This document shows positions 59,008-64,000 of a DNA stretch of 64,000 bases, in pieces. Numbering within the stretch: the stretch's first letter is position 1; the number at the start of each line of letters is the position of its first letter. The position numbers and the translations under genes were made by a program. Origin of the DNA: Phycisphaeraceae bacterium (GTDB lineage Bacteria; Planctomycetota; Phycisphaerae; Phycisphaerales; Phycisphaeraceae); the NCBI GenBank assembly GCA_963674705.1, contig OY771506.1, positions 1,056,001 through 1,120,000 of the forward strand. Direction: 5' to 3'. The notes under the pieces are model-generated. The model was not told the origin of the DNA. It searched no databases and saw only the letters and a list, made by a program, of their open reading frames with translations.

Positions 59008-59666
59008 ACCGTTACAGCAGCACAACCAGAAAGGCTTGCGCCTCGCTACTGCTGTTAGCTGGATTTGCCGGTAGCGCATTAGCTCAATCGGCTCAGCCAA
59101 GTTTGGATGAATTGCTGGATCTTGGTCCGAGCGAACCCGCGCAAACGCCTGCTGAGCCGGCAAAAGATTCAAACGAATCCATCCAGGATGCGCTTTCCGT
59201 CACCGAAGCCACGGATGCATTCGAGCAGGCGGTTGTGGAGATGGACAGTGTGGCCAGGCGTATCGGCCGATCATTCGATACCGGTGTCGAAACGCAACGC
59301 ATGCAGGAATCTATCCTGCGCAAGCTCGAACAAGTTATTGAGTCTGCCGAGCAGAATTCCGGTGGCGGCGGATCAAGCTCATCAAGCAAGCAGGACCCCG
59401 GCGCCGAACAACTGGCCCAACAAGACGGTCAGAATCAGGGTGAACCCAGCGGCCGGGGCAACCAGGCCAGCACCGGCCAGGCCGGCGTCACCACACCGAT
59501 CGATCCGGAAGACCAGGATGCCGCGATCGAACAATTACGTAAGGAATGGGGTGTACTTCCGCCAAGAGTGCGCGAAGAATTAAGCGACGGCCTGCGTGAA
59601 CGCTTCAGCCCGCTCTATCGAAGGATGACCGAAGCGTATTACAAAGCACTGGCTGAGCAGGAGTAG
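59004..59666 (+). CDS. Secreted helical protein
   Basis: Signal peptide ending SALA-Q; C-terminal WGVLPPRVR...YRRMTEAYYKALAE. Confidence 0.7.
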   Translation: MNRYSSTTRKACASLLLLAGFAGSALAQSAQPSLDELLDLGPSEPAQTPAEPAKDSNESIQDALSVTEATDAFEQAVVEMDSVARRIGRSFDTGVETQRMQESILRKLEQVIESAEQNSGGGGSSSSSKQDPGAEQLAQQDGQNQGEPSGRGNQASTGQAGVTTPIDPEDQDAAIEQLRKEWGVLPPRVREELSDGLRERFSPLYRRMTEAYYKALAEQE

Positions 59667-59670
59667 TGGC

Positions 59671-60714
59671 GTGAGGATGAGTTTCCAATATGTGTTCTGG
59701 CTGACAGCCGCCCTGCTGTGCGCAACTCTACAGCCATCGGTCGCACGCGCTCAGGAAGCAGCCGGTGATATGCCCGGGTTCACCGAGATCACCCCCGAAT
59801 CGCGCCAAGCTGTACTAAATGGTTTTGCCTATCTGGCACAGAACCAAGCGGAAGACGGCAGCTTCGGCGGGCCGCGCTTTCCCAAACACGTCGGGATCAC
59901 CGCGCTGGCGTGCATGGCTTTCATGGCAGACGGGCAAATCCCCGGCCGTGGCGAATACGGACCGAACGTCCAACGCGGACTCGACTTCATTCTCAGCCAT
60001 ACCAGTGAGTCCGGCCTGATCGCTGCCGACACATCGCATGGCCCGATGTACGGCCACGGATTCGCGACACTCTGTCTTGGCGAAGCCTACGGCATGACCG
60101 GTGACGAACGATTGCGCGAAGCTCTGCAAAAAGCGGTGCGCCTGATCATCACCACGCAAAACCACGAAGGCGGTTGGCGCTATCAACCACGTCCTTTTGA
60201 TGCGGACATCTCCGTAACGATCTGCCAGATCATGGCTCTGCGATCGGCGCGTAACGCCGGACTCAGCGTGCCCAAAGACACGATCGACCGCGCTATCGCC
60301 TACGTGCGTCAGTGCCAGAACCCGGCCGACGGCGGATTCAAATACATGCTCAATTCAGGCGGGTCCGCGTTTCCCCGTTCCGCTGCAGGCGTGGCGTCGC
60401 TCTACTACGCCGGCGTCTACGAAGATGATGCGATCGACAAAGGCCTTGCCTACATCGAACACGGCGCCGGCGACAACATCACCTTCCGTACCGGCGGACA
60501 CTACTTCTACGGCCACTACTACGCGTCGCAAGCCATGTTCCTCGCCGGCGGCGACCACTGGCAGCAATGGTACCCCCAGGTCCGTCAACAACTTGTGGCA
60601 AATCAACTCCCGGATGGCTCGTGGAACAGCGGCCACGGCCAACCTTATGGGACAGCAATGAGCCTGCTAATCCTTCAGATACCCAACCGACTTTTACCGA
60701 TATTTCAGAAGTAA
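59671..60714 (+). CDS. Secreted prenyltransferase/squalene-oxidase-repeat (terpene cyclase fold) protein
   Basis: Signal peptide; QW-like repeats QAEDGSF, QNHEGGWRY, QNPADGGF, QLPDGSW; MYGHGFATL. Confidence 0.88.
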   Translation: MRMSFQYVFWLTAALLCATLQPSVARAQEAAGDMPGFTEITPESRQAVLNGFAYLAQNQAEDGSFGGPRFPKHVGITALACMAFMADGQIPGRGEYGPNVQRGLDFILSHTSESGLIAADTSHGPMYGHGFATLCLGEAYGMTGDERLREALQKAVRLIITTQNHEGGWRYQPRPFDADISVTICQIMALRSARNAGLSVPKDTIDRAIAYVRQCQNPADGGFKYMLNSGGSAFPRSAAGVASLYYAGVYEDDAIDKGLAYIEHGAGDNITFRTGGHYFYGHYYASQAMFLAGGDHWQQWYPQVRQQLVANQLPDGSWNSGHGQPYGTAMSLLILQIPNRLLPIFQK

Positions 60715-61931
60715 TGCGTTTGTTTTTATCCATCCCGAGAAAGTTCCGCTGCGTCATCGCACACTCTGCTGTGATCGCGTTTGCTCTGCTGGTGTTGGCT
60801 AACTCAGCCTCCGCACTGACGGATGCCGAACTGATCGGCTCCGATCTTCAGACACAACGGATCAAAATAACCAGCCTGCATGATCAGTCGCTCAGCTACT
60901 TTGATGAGCATCGCATCCTTCAAAGCAAACCCATACGTGAGTTTGTACAGCTACGATCCGTCAATGGGGTTGATCAAATCATTACTTCGCCCTATCCCAG
61001 TATCAGCCTTGTCGACGGTCAGGTGTTTACCGGCGGATGGCTCGGCGCCGCAGCCGATGGGACCGGTCTACGCTGGCGGCATGAAGTGCTGGGTGACTTT
61101 GAAGTATCGTTGGATGAAGTCAAGCAGATCGTGTGGAGTAATCCACCGTTACAAAATGCAGTATCGCAGGAACAAGGCGGCGACACGATCACGCTGAACA
61201 ATGGCGATCACCTTACCGGTTTTGTGACTTCGCTTTCAAAACAAGGCGTCGAATTCATCCCCGCCAGTAGCACGCAACCGGTTACGATCCCCTACGCCCG
61301 GATCGCGTCACTGGCTCTGGCAAACCCGGATCAGGAGCCACAAGCCTTCACTTACCGCCTCACACTCGTCGATGGCACAAAGATCTTCGGCGACGATTTA
61401 GACTTCTCCGGTGACGCATTTTCATGGCTTGCCACCCCGCCCGGGCAGTCACCCAGGTCGGTTAAGGTCATGGTCGATGAGGTTGCCAGGCTTGAGTTCG
61501 GTGCAAGCGGCTACCGGCTGATCGATCTGACAACGATCCCCATGCAACAACTCAAGCCGACGAACGTCTTCGGGTTGGATATCCCGGCGCGGGTCATCGG
61601 CCAAACGGTCCATGCGCACGCCCCGGCTGAGCTGGCTTTCGACCTGCCGCCGGGCAGCAACCGTCTGATTGCAAACGCCCATTTAGCCGGCCACCAGCAG
61701 ACCGATCACAACAGTGAATGGGCTGACTTCCACCTGATCGTCTTGAACGATGAAATCGAAATCGGACGATATCATCTGAACGATCAGAATCCCTTAACCC
61801 ACATCAATCTGCCAATCTCCGGGGCGAAGCTGATTATTCGCTTGGAGTCCGGCGTGAACGGCCCTATCCTAGACAAGCTGCTGCTGCGTGACGCGGTTAT
61901 CCTGCTCAAACAGACCGCTACCGGACAGTAA
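60714..61931 (+). CDS. Secreted beta-rich protein, possible C-terminal NPCBM/NEW2-like domain
   Basis: TAATG overlap; signal peptide; repeated LxDG/LxNGD hairpins; HAPAELAFDLP. Confidence 0.6.
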   Translation: MRLFLSIPRKFRCVIAHSAVIAFALLVLANSASALTDAELIGSDLQTQRIKITSLHDQSLSYFDEHRILQSKPIREFVQLRSVNGVDQIITSPYPSISLVDGQVFTGGWLGAAADGTGLRWRHEVLGDFEVSLDEVKQIVWSNPPLQNAVSQEQGGDTITLNNGDHLTGFVTSLSKQGVEFIPASSTQPVTIPYARIASLALANPDQEPQAFTYRLTLVDGTKIFGDDLDFSGDAFSWLATPPGQSPRSVKVMVDEVARLEFGASGYRLIDLTTIPMQQLKPTNVFGLDIPARVIGQTVHAHAPAELAFDLPPGSNRLIANAHLAGHQQTDHNSEWADFHLIVLNDEIEIGRYHLNDQNPLTHINLPISGAKLIIRLESGVNGPILDKLLLRDAVILLKQTATGQ

Positions 61932-61995
61932 TCAGGTGGGCTGGCCCCATAACAAAAAGGGACCCACCCGGGCGGCCGAGAATATGACTTGAACC

Positions 61996-64000
61996 ATGAA
62001 CCAACCTGCCAACGAATCACCTCCGCTGAACCTGCCCGTGCCCGGCCACGCCAAAGTCGATGAGCACGGCAATGTCCTGTTTCTGAACCGGGAACTTTCC
62101 TGGCTGGAGTTCAACCGCCGGGTCCTGCACGAGGCCCTGGACGAACGCACCCCCCTGCTCGAGCGGCTCGCCTTCCTGGCGATCTTCAACTCGAACCTCG
62201 ATGAGTATTACCAGAAACGTGTCGGCGGATTGAAGCGGCAGATCGCCGCACGTGTCAGCCTCCGCAGCCCAGACGGTCTGACCGCGGCCGAACAGCTATC
62301 CGCGATCCGTCAGTCCGTCCTGCCCATGCTCCGGCTTCAGGCCGACTGCTTTGAACAGGTTCTCAAACCAAAACTCACAGAGCACGGCATCCACCTGCTG
62401 AAGTGGGATCAACTCAACGATATTCAACGCAAGCTCGCGACGGAATACTTCCAGAAAAACCTCTTCCCCGTTCTGACGCCGCTGGCTGTCGACCCGGGCC
62501 ACCCCTTCCCCTTCATCAGCAACCTGAGCACCTCGCTTGGCGTGCTCTTATCGAACGATGAAGCAGCGAACAGCAACCTTGAACGTCATCGGCTGCGCAC
62601 AAATATCGACCCGGAAACCGGTGAAACCAACCGCTATCACTTCGCCCGCGTAAAAGTTCCCGTGATGTTGCCCGGTTGGGTGCGTTTAGATGGCGACGGC
62701 AACTCTGACGAAGCCAATTCGCACCTGTTCGTTAATCTCGAACAGATTATCCGGTACAACCTTGAAGAACTGTTCCGGGGAATGAATATCATTGAGGCGC
62801 AGCCGTTCCGTGTTACGCGCAACGCTGACGTTGAGCGCGACGAGGAAGATGCCGAGGACCTGCTTGAACTGATTGAGCAGGAGTTGCGCGACCGTCGCTT
62901 CGCTCAGGCCGTGCGCCTGGAAGTAACCGATGATCCGCAGCGGCCGATGAACCGACTGCTGGCTGAAGAACTCGACCTGCGCGAGCAGGACATCTACCAG
63001 ATGCCGGGCGAGCTGGAGTTTACAGACCTCTGGAACATCCACAGCCTCAACAAACCGGAACTCAAGCACGAGCCGTGGAAACCGGTTGTCCCGCCGAGGC
63101 TTGCCGACACCGAAGCAGATATTTTCAGCATCATCCGCAGCGGAGACGTGCTGGTGCACCATCCGTTCGAGTCGTTCAGCTCAAGCGTCGAACGCTTCAT
63201 CCATGCAGCCGCGACCGATCCAAAAGTGATCGCGATCAAGCTGACGCTCTACCGCACCAGCGATGATTCGCCGTTCATCCCGGACATCATCCGCGCCGCC
63301 GAGAGCGGTAAGCAGGTCGTCTGCCTGGTCGAACTCAAGGCCCGGTTTGATGAAGAGCGCAATGTCCAACTCGCACATCGTCTGGAAAAGGCCGGCGTGC
63401 ATGTGGTCTACGGTGTGGTCGGACTGAAGACGCATACCAAGACCAGTCTTGTTGTCCGACATGAATCGGATGGCATGCGCTGCTATGGCCACATCGGGAC
63501 GGGTAATTACCATTCCAAAACCGCCTCGCTGTACACCGACCTGGGCCTGTTCACCGCCGATCCGCGTATCACCGCCGACTTGATCGATCTGTTCCACTTT
63601 CTGACAGGCATGAGTACGCAGCGGACCTTCGAACATCTGCTGATCGCACCGATCAACATGCGTTCGCGATTCGTCGACATGATCGACCGTGAGATCGCAC
63701 ACTGTAAGGCCTGGCACGATCGCGGCGCTGATCCAAACGACCCGAACCGCCCCGCTATCACCGCGAAGATGAATAGCCTCGAAGACCGCGGCATCTGTCG
63801 CAAGCTCTACGAAGCCAGCCAGGCGGGTGTACGCATCAAACTTATTGTCCGTGGCTTCTGCACGCTCCGGCCGGGCGTTCCGGGTTTGAGCGACAATATC
63901 ACCGTCGTCAGCGTGATCGGCCGATTCCTCGAACACTCGCGCATCTTCTGCTTCCATAACAACGGCGACACCGAGTACTACATTGGTAGCGCCGACTGGA
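61996..64000 (+). CDS. ppk1: Polyphosphate kinase 1, 3'-truncated by window edge (absent from ORF track)
   Basis: Own translation from ATG 61996: FLNRELSWLEFNRRVL, PLLERLAF, NLDE, DPGHPFPFISN, HHPF, TLYR, ELKARFDE, KTHTK, GRFLEHSR, IGSADW. Confidence 0.95.
   Translation, partial: MNQPANESPPLNLPVPGHAKVDEHGNVLFLNRELSWLEFNRRVLHEALDERTPLLERLAFLAIFNSNLDEYYQKRVGGLKRQIAARVSLRSPDGLTAAEQLSAIRQSVLPMLRLQADCFEQVLKPKLTEHGIHLLKWDQLNDIQRKLATEYFQKNLFPVLTPLAVDPGHPFPFISNLSTSLGVLLSNDEAANSNLERHRLRTNIDPETGETNRYHFARVKVPVMLPGWVRLDGDGNSDEANSHLFVNLEQIIRYNLEELFRGMNIIEAQPFRVTRNADVERDEEDAEDLLELIEQELRDRRFAQAVRLEVTDDPQRPMNRLLAEELDLREQDIYQMPGELEFTDLWNIHSLNKPELKHEPWKPVVPPRLADTEADIFSIIRSGDVLVHHPFESFSSSVERFIHAAATDPKVIAIKLTLYRTSDDSPFIPDIIRAAESGKQVVCLVELKARFDEERNVQLAHRLEKAGVHVVYGVVGLKTHTKTSLVVRHESDGMRCYGHIGTGNYHSKTASLYTDLGLFTADPRITADLIDLFHFLTGMSTQRTFEHLLIAPINMRSRFVDMIDREIAHCKAWHDRGADPNDPNRPAITAKMNSLEDRGICRKLYEASQAGVRIKLIVRGFCTLRPGVPGLSDNITVVSVIGRFLEHSRIFCFHNNGDTEYYIGSADW

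Noticed and set aside
61990..62003. TGAACCA x2 at the ppk1 start
   Set aside because: Only two copies; not distinguishable from chance
63181..63957. 258-aa minus-strand ORF and other long antisense ORFs (e.g. 2110-2889, 6699-7463, 9738-10721)
   Set aside because: Shadow ORFs opposite well-supported genes in GC-rich DNA, with no recognisable motifs

Overview
The gene content points to a core chromosomal region of a Planctomycetota bacterium, probably Phycisphaerae (PEP-CTERM proteins with paired GDLNxDGFVGLDD dockerin-like repeats, DUF4190/H-X9-DG-type pseudopilins, a MoxR/VWA/prenyltransferase-fold module). The window contains dnaA and very probably oriC, with no dnaN, recF or gyrB next to it. 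Housekeeping genes include mtnA, ribB-X, trxA, rmlACDB, purU, lpdA, pfk, GT3 glycogen synthase, mutM and a partial ppk1 that the ORF track missed. Also present are a SWIM-SNF2 helicase, an ECF sigma/anti-sigma trio and three PEP-CTERM surface proteins (two trypsin-like) placed between nucleotide-sugar genes. The best candidates for an uncharacterised system are an 8-gene, partly translationally coupled envelope module (48.5-61.9 kb) and a divergent pair of a degenerate QueC-like protein and a class I glutamine amidotransferase. Other oddities are three heptamer tandem repeats (one inside mtnA), a mosaic pseudopilin array, a DUF2752 pseudogene and shared non-canonical motifs on both sides of dnaA. 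I saw no rRNA, tRNA, CRISPR array, IS element or prophage. All calls come from motif recognition by eye; no database searches were run.
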